Below are positions 1 to 15,400 of a stretch of 64,000 bases of DNA, piece by piece. Origin of the DNA: Antedon mediterranea (lineage: Eukaryota > Animalia > Echinodermata); NCBI RefSeq assembly GCF_964355755.1, contig NC_092674.1, forward strand, positions 19,344,001 to 19,408,000. Direction: 5' to 3'. Position 1 is the stretch's first letter; every line of letters begins with the position of its first letter. The translations under genes were made by a program, and so were the position numbers. A model generated the notes under the pieces. The model ran no database searches and was not told the origin of the DNA. It was given only the letters and a program-made list of their open reading frames with translations.

Positions 1-576
1 CCTCAACAAACCAACATTATATTACAGTATGTTCCATTTTGTATATTTTGTGCATTACAGTTAATAAAATGTTGACAAAATATCTATAATCTATCGATTT
101 ATTTTAAACATAGATATACATTTTGTTAGCATAAATTATTTTAAAAATAGTATAATTTAACATTTATTTTAAAAGGAAATAAAGATTTTTTGAAAATGTT
201 AGTTTTAACTTAATTATTTACAAACCTATTCGGAATGAATATTTGCAATATTGCATTATTGTCATAAAGATGTTTATGGTGTATTATAATTATTTAGTCA
301 TTGCTAGTAATAACGCAAACACATATTTTAGAGCAATTATTTAATCCTTAAATTAAAATTATTTAAATGTTTATTATTAATTATAGAGGGTAGTATTACT
401 ATTTTGCGTGACTTCAGTGGATATATACTATTTATTATGTTATGGTTGTTCTTTATAATATTGTAGGTTAATGTTTTAGTCAGGGGTTTTGGTAATAAAC
501 ACTCCAATACGTTTTCACCTTTTTTGAACGTTTTGAACTTCTTTCTTCTGGCTAATTATTGTATCCTTTGTATCTG

Positions 577-960
577 GTAGTTGTCCTAGGGTGTAAAGTT
601 GTCCTAGAGGGTAGTTATTCAAGGCAGAGGGGTAGTTGTCATAGAGTGCATAGATGTCCTAGGGTGTAGTTGTCCTAGGGGTGGTTATCCTATGAATAGT
701 TTTCCTTGAGGGTAGTTGTTCTGGGAGAGGGGTAGTTCTCATACGGTGCATAGATATCCTAGAGGATAGTTGCCCTAGGGGTGGTTATCCTATGGATAGT
801 TGTCATAGAGGGTAGTTTTCCTAGTTTGTAGTTCTCCTAGAGGGTATTTGCCAATAGGAGGATAGTTATCCTAGTTGACCGGGTGGTAGTTGTCCTAGGG
901 GGTAGTTATCTGGGTGGTAGTTGTCCGAGTAGTAGTTTTCCATAGCGTAGTTGTTCGAAA
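577..960. repeat. Degenerate minisatellite of ~16-20-bp GGTAGTTGTCCTAGGG units
   Basis: About 20 copies of gtagttgtcctag(a/g)gg variants. A weaker patch occurs at ~33820-33900. Resembles the subterminal repeats of a decayed DNA transposon. Confidence 0.75.
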
Positions 961-2530
961 ACGCCATTTATTGTGCGCATGCATTTGAGTTTGGTTGGGC
1001 ATATTATTTTGGTAAAGTCGTTGGACTCCATTTCGTCAATTCTATGTCCAATTGACGACTTTAGATTCTGTATCACATACGCATGTCAACCTTGCTTGGT
1101 AGCACTGTCGTCGCGAAAGTTAGTGGCCGTTTCGGGACTAATGGCATAATGCATAATTTACTAGCTTCTAGTTTATCACATACCGAAAAAAACAAACAAG
1201 GTACTTGGTTTTTGTCTTTAAATTAGGGAGAGTGTACAGTAAAGTAGTGTTCATTGAAATTCACCAGGTTTTGAAATAATCTGACAATATATATTTTACC
1301 TAATTTAAAGACAACTAAACAACGAACAAAAAGTTTCCAAAAATGTAGGTGAAGAGAGGTTAAATACTTCTTTAGCCACTCTAACAACAAATATATGTTC
1401 TAAACTCTTTAAAAACATGGGGAAATATATTTTAAATACCATGCTAAACATAAATTAAATTAGTTGGTGTCATATTAATTGCTTCAATGAACCATAGCTA
1501 AAACACTATTCGTCAGGCATATTTGTGTCGTGGTACGTGAGACAATGCCCCGGATTAATTTGGAAGTTTGCTCCCCGGGTATCAAGAGTACGAGGCTTGG
1601 CTCAAATGAATACAATATCAAGACTAACAGAAAGAAAACAAGTTGTTGATTGCCGTTACCATACCATTTATTGTGCACGAATCAACGTTACTCAGAAAAT
1701 AAAGAGAACGAAGGAAAGCCCTGCAAATATACAAACAAGCGTTACATAATTTCAATAACAATCAGTTTATAACTTCACTTTATCGCTGTATATACTACCA
1801 CTATAATTACTGTGTACAAACTGGTTACCATTAAGAACAACACAGTCAATTGAACGTCATTACAAATGAGTAATACCTGAACCAACTTGAATGATGTATT
1901 TACTAACTAAGAACGAAAGATCGTACAGCAATCAACCATTTCTCTATAAATTGAAGTAAAGATTTGAGAACATAATTTGCTTTATTTAAGTTGTATGCAG
2001 GCAATTTCGAATAATCAATTAACAGGCAATGTTCCGTCTACCGTGTAATATAATTCGTTTTACTACCTACAATGGTAACTTCAACAACGGCATAATAATA
2101 ATATACAACACGGTAATGAAAATCACATCTTCCTGTGTTTGCAACAAAAGCTTTTCTGACGCGCAGACACATAATTTATGCAAAAAATACGCAGAACGCA
2201 CACGAACAACAACTGATCCATGACATTTGTAATCAGTGTTAAATGTGTCGCCGTTCAGATCAGCTGGAGAGGTACTATATTATATTAAGAAAAAAATCTT
2301 TTTTTTATTCATCAATTTCACTATTCATATAAAATAAACAAAAGGAATCCACATAAAACAGAAATCGTAAAAAAAAACATACCAACCAACAAACATTCAT
2401 TTCCCATTTGATCTAACAAATCACCAACAAGTTAAAAAGGTACAGCATTATATACAGAATATTGTTAATAGGGTACAGCATTATTGATTTTATACAATTA
2501 TCTTAAACACCCAATAATCCTTCATTATCT

Positions 2531-2998
2531 AAAAGTGTGAATATAATAGTGTATATATCACAGGCACAGAATAAATTCTAAACCGCCCGATGACATACTG
2601 AAATTTAACATTCTCGGCGTTGTACGGCGGAACAGCACTAGTCCCTCAGTTGTACGCACGCGCACCAGAGATCAAATTGATACGCCCTCATCTTTCAGTA
2701 TTTTTATTCACGAAGCGGGATCTCTGAAGAGATACTTTTTTATATTATAAACATCACATTTCCTATACTGAAATTTAATTAAATAATTTCAAACGATAAG
2801 ATGAGGAAATCTGTGGAAAGAGTCGCTGTACAATCGAGTTTGAACAATGCCATGAAAGCCCCAGTGGTCTAATGGTTAGGACATATGCATATCAAGCAGA
2901 AGGTTCCGGGTTCGAGTCTCGGTTGGGGCGACTTTTTCTCATTCTCATATATTTCCTCATCTTATCGTTTTAAATTATTTAATTACATTTCAGTATAT
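2531..2998. mobile_element. Rearranged copy of tRNA-containing family A (inverted segments, then a sense segment with the tRNA-like core at 2858-2930)
   Basis: Matches the 364-bp unit at 22460-23021 in both orientations and is bounded by short (TA)n. Confidence 0.85.
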
Positions 2999-3400
2999 AT
3001 ATATATTTATATACAAATATAAATGCAAAATACACAATGGTATACAACAACAATGTTTACCATACGTATTAACGTTTTGTTTTCTCAATTTACATAATTG
3101 TTATTGACATTCTTGTTTGCACTAATATTTATTATTCCAACTGTGATTAACTATTTGCTATTCTACATGTATATGTTTTAACAAATACCATAATGACTAT
3201 TTAGTGGTTAAGCGTTCTAGTCTCCACCAGGTGACACTTTCCACACTAGAATAATTGATCCGATGTATATATTCTCCAATATTTTATTCAGTTTAAACTA
3301 ACTAAAAAACAAACATAAAAGGAATATATTAAATTCCTTATTCATCACTATCTTTAAAAATATTGATAATATAAATATTTCCTTAATATAAAAACTAAAG

Positions 3401-6400
3401 CTATATTATAACATTGTTTTCCTCAATGTGTGATTCTTCAAAGTCATCATCATCGATCTGAAGAAGCAGTGCCCCACTCTCTTGACGACAACAGTCTGTT
3501 TTAAGTTTCTTAAAAAAATCCACTGAAAACGAAACAATAAATTAATTTAATAAAAAGTACTCAAAAAACTATTTTTGTTATAATCAGTTGGCTAACTCTG
3601 GTGGTTTGATAGGCCTATATATCCATTGTAGACCTTCTATAAATACCTTACCAATTACGATCAGCATGATAGAAACATTCAGCATAATTAGAATAACGGG
3701 AGTTATCTTGTGTAGTAAACCAATGACGTCATCTATATTGACATTTTGATCCAAGTTAACGATCGCCCCAATGGATAGATTTACAACGATAAAGACAAGA
3801 GTCAACAATTGGAATCTCTGCTCTGACTTCTCTTTCATTGGTTGAAGGTACAAATGCAATACAATAAAGATGACAGTAAAAAACAAAGAGTATGACAAAC
3901 TTGAGGACACGTCATCTTTTAAGTTGGCAATGAGTGCCAACAGAGCTTTGTTGTACAGCTCAAATGATTCCCAAAACCAAAATTTGTGCTTGTATTGTCC
4001 ACAAAAGAACCTCACACCAATCATCCGTCCTTGATCCTGGTTTTCTTCATGCTGATCACAATGTACATTTAGACAGTATAGCATAAGAACTATGACCAAT
4101 GGGAAGCCAATGATGTATGTTAAAGAAATGTAAACAAGTGTTTTGTTGATTTGATATGTAGATCCATCATTTTGGTCCAGATCAATCGAGTAGTCTGACG
4201 TTAGTACTGTTTTACTAACATTACCATCTTCTGTAACGTTATATAAACGAATTGACCATGGTCCAACCGCCATGATGTCTGCACATATGTTTGCATATGT
4301 AAGGTAAAAAAGTAGCATTGACACAACGATACATTTGTCACGTGTGCGGCTCTCAGCTATTGCTACACCATGGCACTTATTCCACGTATAAAACATAAGG
4401 TAAAAGGTGGACATAGTGATTACTATGAAAACAGGTGTGGAAATAGCAACTTGAAGTGACGAATATGCATTCCAAGATTCAAATAAACATCTTGGGCTTA
4501 GCATACTAATATATCTTATGATGTCAAAATACTGAACTATTCTACCAGCATATTCATAGTTTTTAGGCCAGTGAATTTCAGTTACTTCTGACAGTATACC
4601 TAAAATCTGATAGAAGTTTATAGCAATTTTTAGATATGTCACAAATGAATCTAGTTTTGTTTTTTGGTGGTGGTCGGTACTCCTTTGTTGTAATCTCCAA
4701 ATGAGACAAATAACTCCAAACGTTACAAAAATAACACAAATGAATGTGATAACAGTCAGGAGAGGGCCTTGGCATTTGTGACATTCGTTAAATAACTGAT
4801 AATATCCTTTTGAACATGCTGCACAAAGCCAACCAGTGTATCCTTTAGCACAAGTGTCATTCAATTCCAATCCAATGCTACAACTCTTTTTTCGTAGTGG
4901 ACACAGATGTATTTGTGGTAATGGACCTTTGTATACAGCATTTTTTAGTTGGTTTGGATCGTCAAGGGGAAAATTGTTGTTTTGTAAATTAATTATAAAT
5001 GCGTTGTACGCCGATAAACAAGAGCTTTTGTTTTGTTCTTCATCTACAATACAATCACAAGTGAAATCCCAGGACCACCAGTATCCCCGTGTTATATTTT
5101 GATACCCTCCTTCACACGTAACACCCATCGGGCAAGGCATGCATGGACCAAACCGATCAGTTCTATGGAACTTGTCAAGGCAATAACAAGCATTTAGATT
5201 AGCAAAGGTACTGGTATCGGTTCCAGATGGACACGTCTGGCAATCCGCGATGGACGCCGCTCCTGCATTATTTGAAAAACTTCCAATAGGACATTTTTGA
5301 CAGGTCTCGTTATAATCAATCCTTTCAATAACTCCGAGTTTATCTTGATAGAAGCCACCTGCAACGATGAGATAAAATGTTTGCTAAAAACAATTTAGAT
5401 AAAATCGTTTATGTATAAAGATTATTTGCTATGTGATCAAATTAAGTAAACTGAAAACAATTTAGATAAAATCGTTTATGTATAAAGATTATTTGCTATG
5501 TGATCAAATTTATTTAACTGAAAACAATTTAATGTCATTAAAAATATTGGACATAAAATAATTGAAATAATTAATAAATACCATCAACTACCTGGAGGGC
5601 ACTTTGTACATGGTTTATAATTTAGGTTTGACAATAGTTTGTATGTCCCCTTTTTGCATAGACTGCACGTTCCCGTTTCTGAATTACATGCCAAACCACT
5701 ACCTCTATCAATATAATGTAATATGTCTCCAACAATGTTTATATTGATTTCTGTATTATCAGTAACACAAATACTAGTAAAAAATAAATTATAATAACAA
5801 TAACTTTTGAACATTGAATTATTGTCTTAGTATAAAACATAGGTACTATAACTGATAAGATGCAAAAGTTCGCAGTTAATTGTCTAAATTTCTATCTCAT
5901 CAGGATGAGCCCAACGCACGTGGAGCGTATAAACTATATAAGAGAGAATTCACATGCACGGCGTACATCTGGCGTATGTATTGCGCAGCATACGCCTTTA
6001 TATAACTAAGCAGTAGTTTTATTACGCAACTCACTGCACCACGTCCTTGGCGTTATTAACGACAGCTACATACTCTATCTTAACGTACGCTACTAACTAC
6101 AGCAAATCTTGAATAAATTAAAGCTTATTTCAAGATATTCATCAATTACTTCATGTTTTTTACTGTTGTATTGTAAATGTTATTGCTATATAAAAACTAT
6201 TTAGCTGCTCTCTGTTCTTCGACCTGAAAGCGCATGTTTAGGGTGAAATAAAAGTAAATAATGGCTAAAATTAGATTGACTTTTGGGAAAGAATTGAACT
6301 CAGGAATTGGAAATCTAGCAATATCAAATAAAGATGGGCGTATTTCAAGAAATTAAAAAACCAAAAGACGGCCATCATTCATTTTTATTCATTTATTTTA

Positions 6401-9400
6401 TTTTACAATGCAGTTAAGTTTAGTCATTAAAGGGGTTGAACTTTGGCGTGAAATACCTAATACACGTAAGTTACATAGGAATCCTATAACTTTTAAAATA
6501 AAATACAAACATAAATTACTTTTGCAAAACTCTGGTTAAAACAGGTATTTTGTTGTTTGTTTATGTCTCCTTTTTTAATGATTAAAACTGAACAATTACA
6601 TTTTATTCTCCTTTTCTTTGTTAAAAATAAAAACAAAAATTGTTTGCATTTTCTTTAAAGTCACATTTTGTTTGCCTATGCCCTTGTGCTTCTTTTCATG
6701 TTTCTATTTATATATATACTGTTTTGTAACAGGTGGTTTCTACTTATAAGCTGTGATACCCCCTTTCTATTCTTTTGTTTTGTACTGATTATTTATGTAT
6801 GTTTATGTTTTGTGAAAGGAAACCAACAAACAAATAACTTAATTAGTAAACAGAATTATATTAGGTGGTTAAAATCAGTACCGAAAGTACGAATTCACTT
6901 TATATACCTTCTAATACAAATTCTAGAAGTTACGTGCGATTAACCGAATTTTGCCCTTACGTAAATTTATATATAGATAAAACCTGTGAACATATAAACA
7001 ATGTGTAACTTATTGTTTTGAGGCGATGGGCTATCCAATAATACTTGTCTTAGAAAGGAGATAAAATCATAATTTCCCAAACATAATTAACAATAGTTTC
7101 AATTACAATAAGTATCATGTTCTTGTTGTCGATGTGTGTAAATGAAACAATAGTAATTCAAATATTTAATTCTGAGAAAAATGTGTTTACGTTTTTATAT
7201 GTTTTTCAATACCATTCGGAAGTGATTGTAGTCCACCGCAGTTCAGATATCTAAATAAAGATAAGGTTGTATTAAGTGCATGCGAGTTCATTGACATAAT
7301 GAAAAATGATGATACTAATAGTTTTGGATAATGAACAATACAGTTATGAAATAATGATAGTTTGTTTCTATATATAAATTATGGTTACTTCCGACATAGG
7401 CGAGGACAATGGAATAACTTCGGTATAAATCTCCGCCTTGGATACCTACCTTATCTATCTTAGATGTACCGCGAAACGTAGTTTTGATAACATTAGTTTT
7501 CAGTACTACGCTATTGTTCCATTTTTGTCTTTTACAACGACACAATTTAGCTTTACCTATCGAAGTTTGTGGATATCACAGGGTTATTTTTACACACGCG
7601 CGCTGTTGTTCAACTGGCTTCCGGAAAAATGGCCGTTGGTGGCGACATTCAATATTAAATACAAATATTTTATTAGTGGTCTGCAATTTATTGTTTTAGA
7701 TATTCAACTATCAATTATAAAGGCCTTTACTTTACGTGAAATACAATTTGTTTTAGTAATTTAACTAAATATTTATGCTATTTATTAATCATTTCATCAA
7801 ATTTACGTGCGATTCAATGTTACTATAGCAGGCTAATTGAACTAATTATTTATACTATTTATTAATCATTTAATCAAATTTAGGTGCGATTCAATGTTAC
7901 TAGAGGTCTGGTAGGCATACCAGGGAAACACCTTTACTGTTTATATTATCGATTATTTCTGTTGCTTGCTCTATTTATAATTATAAATTTAAAACTGTGT
8001 CTACTACGACCGATATAATTAGGCTACGAAAGTTGTTCATGAAACATCACAAAATAAACATACATATACTCATCAGTCATATGCATAGGTGTCACCCGGG
8101 CTTCAATTTCCCGAGGCGTTGGTCATTTTTTTTAGGACTATTCGGATACACCCACTATAGGGTGCGCGAGCGAAGCGAGCAAACCCTCTAGTATTTTTCA
8201 TTTTTCAACATACATTGTTCCATTTTCTGTCATATGTGAAAAAGCATTTTCCCCAATCTTCTCTAATTTATTGTCAAATAGATATCTGAAAAAAAAAACT
8301 TTAATTAGTTTAAAATATCTTTGTTTCGGTTAGGTTTTTTATTATTAAAATGTGCATAACACAGATCAAAAATTTATTATTTTACTTATTTTAAAATAGT
8401 AAAAAATCTCACATGTATTTCAGCGTTTTACCATTGGTTTTTAATGTTTGATACGTAATGTTAGTAATTCCATTCCCATAAAGGAAGCTGAAGAAAAAAT
8501 AATTAACACATTATAAAATAAATAAATAAAATAAATAGGCCTACACAATTGTAAACGACGATAACGAAAATGAATGACTTTATCGTTTAATTAAGTTCAA
8601 TGGCGTCATCATCATCATCGTCATGATATGTACAGTAAAAGTCCTAACAATTAGAAAATGTTTTGCTCGTTTTACGTAAAAATAGCATTTATTATTCTTA
8701 AAATGTTCAAGTGGTGAAATTTCAACGTTCAATCTCGTTTGCTTTAAAACATATAAAGGCTGCATGCAGTATATAACACTTTCTGTTAATCAAAAACAAA
8801 ACCACGGATATCTTTGTTGTCTAATAGTGTTGCAAGTTATTTAACGTGCACTATTATGTACACGGGACCAATATTGTAATTAACTTACAGAAACTGAAGA
8901 TTAGTTCCAATAAATGCCCCTTCTTGTATAGAGGTAATGTTGTTTCCCATAAGCATTCTGAAAAATAATATTATAGATTAAGTATTGTTTTAGATGGCTT
9001 TGAAGACTAAAACTTGATTTTTTAAATGAAACTTTTAAAGGACCTATAACTTGTTTAGATTATGGTTCATGGGCAAGACATGCACATGTTTTAAATCCAT
9101 ATCTGAGAAGACGTTTTCCACCATCAGTATTTTGGTGAAGGAGTCATGTGCCTCCGACATTGTCGCTATGTCTTTCTTATCCGTTCGACAATCGAGTCGA
9201 CTGGACTTGATCTTTAAGTTTATACTTACAGCTTATCAAGGGATGCCATATCAGAAAAGATATTTTTGGAAATGTGCTGAATATTATTTTCGTGTAATAG
9301 TATGTTCGTAACTGTAGGTATCCGGTCGTCTTCTAAAGATGTCAGATTGTTCCAGCTTAAATCTCTAAAAGAGACACAGTCGTAAGTTGGCCTCTGTACA

Positions 9401-12400
9401 AAATAATGTATTACCTATAATACGTAACTACTGTATGGGGTAATTATTGTCACAATACTGACAAAAAGTGACACATTTAGACTTAGATCCAGAGAGAACA
9501 GGTAAACAATTACCGGTACATTACAAATAATATTAAACTGGTGGTGGTGTTTTTTCAACCTTTCAATATAAAACTATCGGTATGATTGATTAAAATCCTC
9601 ACAGAGTACTTTTATCAGAACTGCAAATTGATTCTCAATTTATATTTAATTAAGATACTTATTCTTGACCTATAAGTAATGTATTTGTAAAAAGTATGGA
9701 AGAGGAACGTACAATTACGAAGAGGGCGTGAAATAGTTAATCACGGACTTTTTTTGTTAGTTGATGAATTCTGTAGAAGCAATTGCTTTCGATGCTATAA
9801 TGTACTAAATACTAATGTTAAATTATTTCGCCTTAATCTTTTAAACTAAACTAAAATGTTGGGTGATATATCAACTTAACGGATAATATCTGTGACAATG
9901 ACATTCACACAGATTTGTTCATCTTAGTCGTTTTAAAATGAGTTAATTTACCGAATGGTTCAGAGTTTTTCTATGCCTATAGTCCTAAATTTATATCAGG
10001 TAAATAAAATGGGTCATTTTTAAAATACGGTACTATCAATATTGTATGTAACAAATAAATAATGTGTACGTACAGTACAAGTTACTATGCTTTAGGCTAC
10101 AAGATCAAAGGTACGAGGTACCAGGTTTGTAATTTTGTTTTTATTTACCACAATATTCCACATTGAATATTATTTAATATGGTATTGCATGTACTACCAC
10201 CAGTCAAGATTATAAGTTACCAACAAAGGAGTAAGAACATAAACACTCACAGTATATAACCTATTTGTAAGTTAATAATGTTTGGTAGTTCCGTAAGTTT
10301 GTTGTTCGAAAGCTGTCTACATAAAGTATTTATTAAAGAGAAATAAGAATCATTTAATGTACTGTAATAATGAATTTTCATTCATTTACGATATTATAAT
10401 CATTATAATGAATAATAATTGTTAATCAGATTTAAATAATGATATCTATAACAAATTCTGGTTTACAGGAGTATACTAAATATGTATTATTGTAGAGAAG
10501 TGAGACAATAGAACTACAAAACTGTATAAAAAATCTTTTTTTTTCTTTTGCATTACTGTTTATATACTATACAAATGAAATGCTTTTATAAGACTGTTGT
10601 AGCATTGTTTTACGCATACACAAAACTCACAGTTTATGGACATAGTACACAGCAACAAAGGCATCTTTATCTATAAATCGGATTTTGTTTTCTGCAAGTG
10701 AGCTGGAAAAAATATATGAATAACTTGTAAGACTACTTTGCATGGAATAACCAACATTAGTTACTATCGATAGTAAATTAGGCCTAATTTCATTTACAAA
10801 AGAGCAATATTAACCAATCTGACAAAAGCTAATTCATAGTTCGATGGTTAGCTGAACAGTAAGGAAACAAAAATGCTTACATCTCTATAAAATATTCGCC
10901 TTGAAAAGCTCTTGCTGGTATGCTCTGCAAACTGTTTCCATTTAAATATCTAGGACAACATTATTACAAAAGTTGTTATAGAATTTAAAAACCGTAACTG
11001 TCGAATTATCATAAACACATTTGAAGTGAAAATGCATGCAAAACTTAGAAAGAACATGGACAGTGATTTATGTTTTTCAGTAAAGTAAACACTATTATGC
11101 ATACTTTTGCAAAAATGTCATAAATATGCACACAACTCGATTGCCTTTCAAAGAACAACATTTACTACTTTATTACAACGATAAAATGACAAAAATTTAA
11201 ATTAAATTAAATGCAAATACAAATATTTAATAAATTAATTATGGTAAAGAGACAAATAAAATGTTTTTAAATTTTTCTTTAAAATATTTAAATAGTCTAT
11301 TCCACAAATGCGGACCTGCTACAGTGATAACTAATTTACCTTTCTGAGTCTAAGAAAAGGAACATCAACATAAATTATATACTTCCTAAGTTGTAATTAT
11401 GGGTTGTTACAGTATCAACATCTTTGAACATCAAGCTTAGAAGCAGAGAGTTGGTTTTGATAATAATTAGACATAAATATTGCTATTTGGACCTTGTTTA
11501 GAGCATGTAGATTTAATATTTTAAGTTTAAATAAAAAATCAGATGGTTTTTGGAATGGAGATAGTGTAATTATTCTATTCTATTCTTATTTATGTTTGAC
11601 GAGTAGTAGCAACAAATAATGTTGCAGTAAATATGTAAATATGGGTTATAAAGGGTAAACAAAGTACATTAAGGAAAAATGCTTAACCTTATTTATTATT
11701 CAATTCAATTCAATTCAATTCAATTTCAATTCAATTTCTTTATTGCTGCAAATGCCATCAAGGGCTAATATCCGCTTAAACATCCTACATCATACAAACA
11801 TAATAATACACATTAAAATTTAAACACATACAAATTATAGTAATTACTACTGTAGTAGTCGTTATTATTTTAATTATTATTTTATTGTTATTATGATTAT
11901 TGTTATTATTAATCCAATTGCTTTTGATATTTTTTTTAGAAATATAATTATTTTGACTGGGCCATTTCAAATTATCTTGAATAAAAACACATAAGAATAG
12001 TGTTTCAACTTTACGTTCAACAATTCGGTCATTGAGCAGAAGATCCAAAATAATTGGATTTAATAACATTTTAATAAAAAAAATAGAAAAAATCCAAATA
12101 AAAATATTGGTAAACATATAATCTTGAGTACATCAATTTTAGAGAATACTGAAATCAAAGAAATCGGTCTATAATTAGCGAATTGGTCTTGGTCTCCCTT
12201 CTTAAGATAACTTTGGCTATTTTAATAAGATTTGGATTTGAACTATACCAGATAAAAAAAAGCATTAATAGCATGCATGTAAATTATGTTTATTAAAAAT
12301 TACAGAAATTAACTTTTCTCTATTTTCTAATATTTCTCTACTTTACCAACTTTACGAAATTGCTTCCTGTCCTGTTTAGTTCAGGAGCTTAATATGTCGA

Positions 12401-15400
12401 AAAAAGGCACTTGTAGGCTTTTGATGTTAACAAGAAAAACTTTAGTGCCATTTTTATCGACCATGGCAAGTGGCAAATATGATTAAAAGTGGTATCATTA
12501 GAAAGATAATCATGCACTGATCATGTATTTCCATTACACCCATATCCAAAAATGCATAGCAACAGAGATAATCGCAAATTACATATGTCATGTGATCAAA
12601 ATGAGGTCAAAGGTCAAATTTCGGAAACTTATAAATACCATTGTGTTTGGTATCGCCGGTTTTCTTTTTATACTACGTTCATCAGACCATTTTCTAGAAA
12701 TTTTAAATTTTGTCTATAAATAATATAGCTAACACCTTATTTCAAGTTAAAAATAAGTGAGTTTATTATTGTAACGATGTTTTAAAGCCCTAGGACCTAC
12801 GTTTTTTCGCAAACTACATTACTGTATATGTCAAAATAAATACTATATGATCATATTTCGTTAACTTTTTTCGTGTTTAGACTGTTAAAAATGTGAAAAA
12901 TAAGAAATGACCTGGTTTAATGTTTTTAAAGTTATATATATATACATTATTTTTACAAAACGACAATTGCAGGTCTTGGGGCTTTAACTAAAATGAATAC
13001 TTTTTATATTTGTTTTGTAAACATACAAAATGACTATCAGATGTATTGTATAAATGAAGCCTACAGTATGTCACCATGTATAGTACTTCAGTGGATATAT
13101 AAAATATACCAAGATAATAACATTTCCATATCTGACGTGACCATTGTCCAAACTGACATTCAATATTGTGTATTGGGTACACTTAGCTAACCTGATCAAA
13201 GTTCAAAATCGCTTTCTTCTGAATCAGAGGCGGTAGATGGTTGAGTGTTTTCACATATTTCCTCTGATGCCTCACACATGCACATTTCAGTGCAAACAAC
13301 ATTTGCTCGTTTGCAGGAGCAGCGTGCGATTGAACATCTGTTTTTGGAACACTTGCACCTGACAAGTTCGAGGACAGCTTTTGGTGCAGGTGGAAGCTCA
13401 GTTACAACAGGACGGTATGTTTTGTCGTCAATTGTCCATCCACAGTTTGATGGACCTGGTAGTTGTGGCTTTGCTATTCTGTCATGATTCCACACCATCG
13501 CCTGATAATGAGCACGCTTAATGTGCTGTTCGAGTGCGCCTTTTGTTGGTGGCAATTTTTCGGATTCTGCGAACGACTTTTTAAACATTTGCCATCGGAC
13601 TGATGAGATTTCATTCATATTAGTACCTGGTACATAACACTGGCAAACAAATGTTTCTAATGTTCTCTTCATTTCAGAAGAAACTGTGTCTGTGGTGCCC
13701 AGTTGTGCGAATACTGATTGTACGTTATCACATGACTTTTTTAGATGTCTCCACCATCTTGTTTTTCCTTTTCCAGCAAAACGACCAGTTGTGTCACAAC
13801 CGGTAAATGCGTGGAAGCCTGGCAGAGCAGCAGCTAGTTTGTCATCTATTGCTTCATAGATTGGTCTTAGAGGTATAGTGCGCCTCTTGTTGCCAACACC
13901 TGTAATGAATGAAGGATTCTGTCCTAAGTCGGGATATCGTCTTAATGCAAGCAACATAACATCGGTATCTGGTGACATTATTTTGACCTCTTTATGTAAA
14001 CTGGCCACATAGAGGGCATTAAGTATTAGTAATGTGTCTGCCTCTTCTTGTGTGCTTGAAAGATTATCAACATCGCCCTTGTTAGAAATAGCTCCTTGTT
14101 GTGTTGATACAATTACTTCTGTGTTATGTGATTCAAAGTGTGATATAATTGTGTTTGCTAAATAGTAGGTCAAACTAGCCTTTGTCATGTTTTGTGCTAT
14201 GAATTGCTTGAACGTTGTCCGAATTGGTGTGGCATCGGTACATATATGTGATTTATCCACGCCAGTTTTTGTATTTGTCATTCGCCTATTTCGGGTTTGT
14301 TGCTTCAGTGAAATTGGTATACCATAGTGGTCAAATACCATGTGAACAGACTGGTGACTTTGTACATATTTGGTTAACCATTGATTAATTTTGTTAGCTA
14401 AAATTTTGCATGACGTCGTGTCAGTTGATCCAAGTTGTTGAACAAATGCCATACCATCAATAACCAGAGCTTGTTGGCGTGGTACAAATGTGTCCATTTG
14501 GTTTTCATTATTGACAGTAGAATCTTCCAACTCTTCCATAAGCTTGTACTTATCGTTACAAGGTAACAGTGTACCATCATCTGCAAACAATGAACGAGCT
14601 ACATTTGAAAATTCATACTGACCAACTGCGCTTTCAATATCAATTTCTGGACGTGACCTTGCAACAATTGCCATAGGGGCAAAAAGCGATCGATTCTCTT
14701 TCAATTCAAATGATTGTTGTGCAAATTTCACAGAACATTTTTTTCCTGTGGATGTTCAGCGCTGCAATTTAACCTTTGTGACTTTATCCCATAAGCTTTT
14801 ATCGCCAATGATTTTCTTTTGGACAAAGTCGTTATAAGCATCGATTCCACAAGTCTCTTGCCTGAGAATGTCATCTCGAATTGTGTCTGGTATAACAGAT
14901 TTGGTAATTACATTGACTAGTTGATTGCCAAAATCTCTAAATGGATTCATTTCCTGTAGTACAGATTTCAATTTTGTAACCTTTAATTCTTGTTTTCGAT
15001 TAACTGTGGGAGACATTTCATGATGTACGCTTCTCGATAAAATCCCGCCATACTTTCTGCCTCAGATGATAATCTCTGTAATTCTGGTGCAATTAGGAAG
15101 AACCGCTGCAGAGCTGCCGGCTTCTGTGTAATGCCCTATAAGCCTCCAAGAACTTTCAATCGCCTGTTATCTTGCTCTAAAGCATGATCCACACCCAAAC
15201 TATATAAACTGAGGTCTCTTTTCTTAACACAGAAATTCCCTTCTGAAAATTGTTTCCATACATCAGGGTCAGTTGTTTGTAGGCTGTACATCTTTGACAG
15301 GTACTCTGGGACGTGCTGTGCATATTTTAACCTATTTTGGCTAAAAAAGTAGATACATAATTTCTCCAGTGAAGTGAGATGAAGAATCCAGTCTCCCTGT

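Noticed and set aside
1484-2223. Short ORFs near the window start
   Set aside because: No recognisable motifs or splice support.
3584-5140. 518-aa ORF as a standalone GPCR gene
   Set aside because: It is internal to a larger exon (open upstream to the acceptor at 5358), has ~9 hydrophobic segments and lacks class A motifs.
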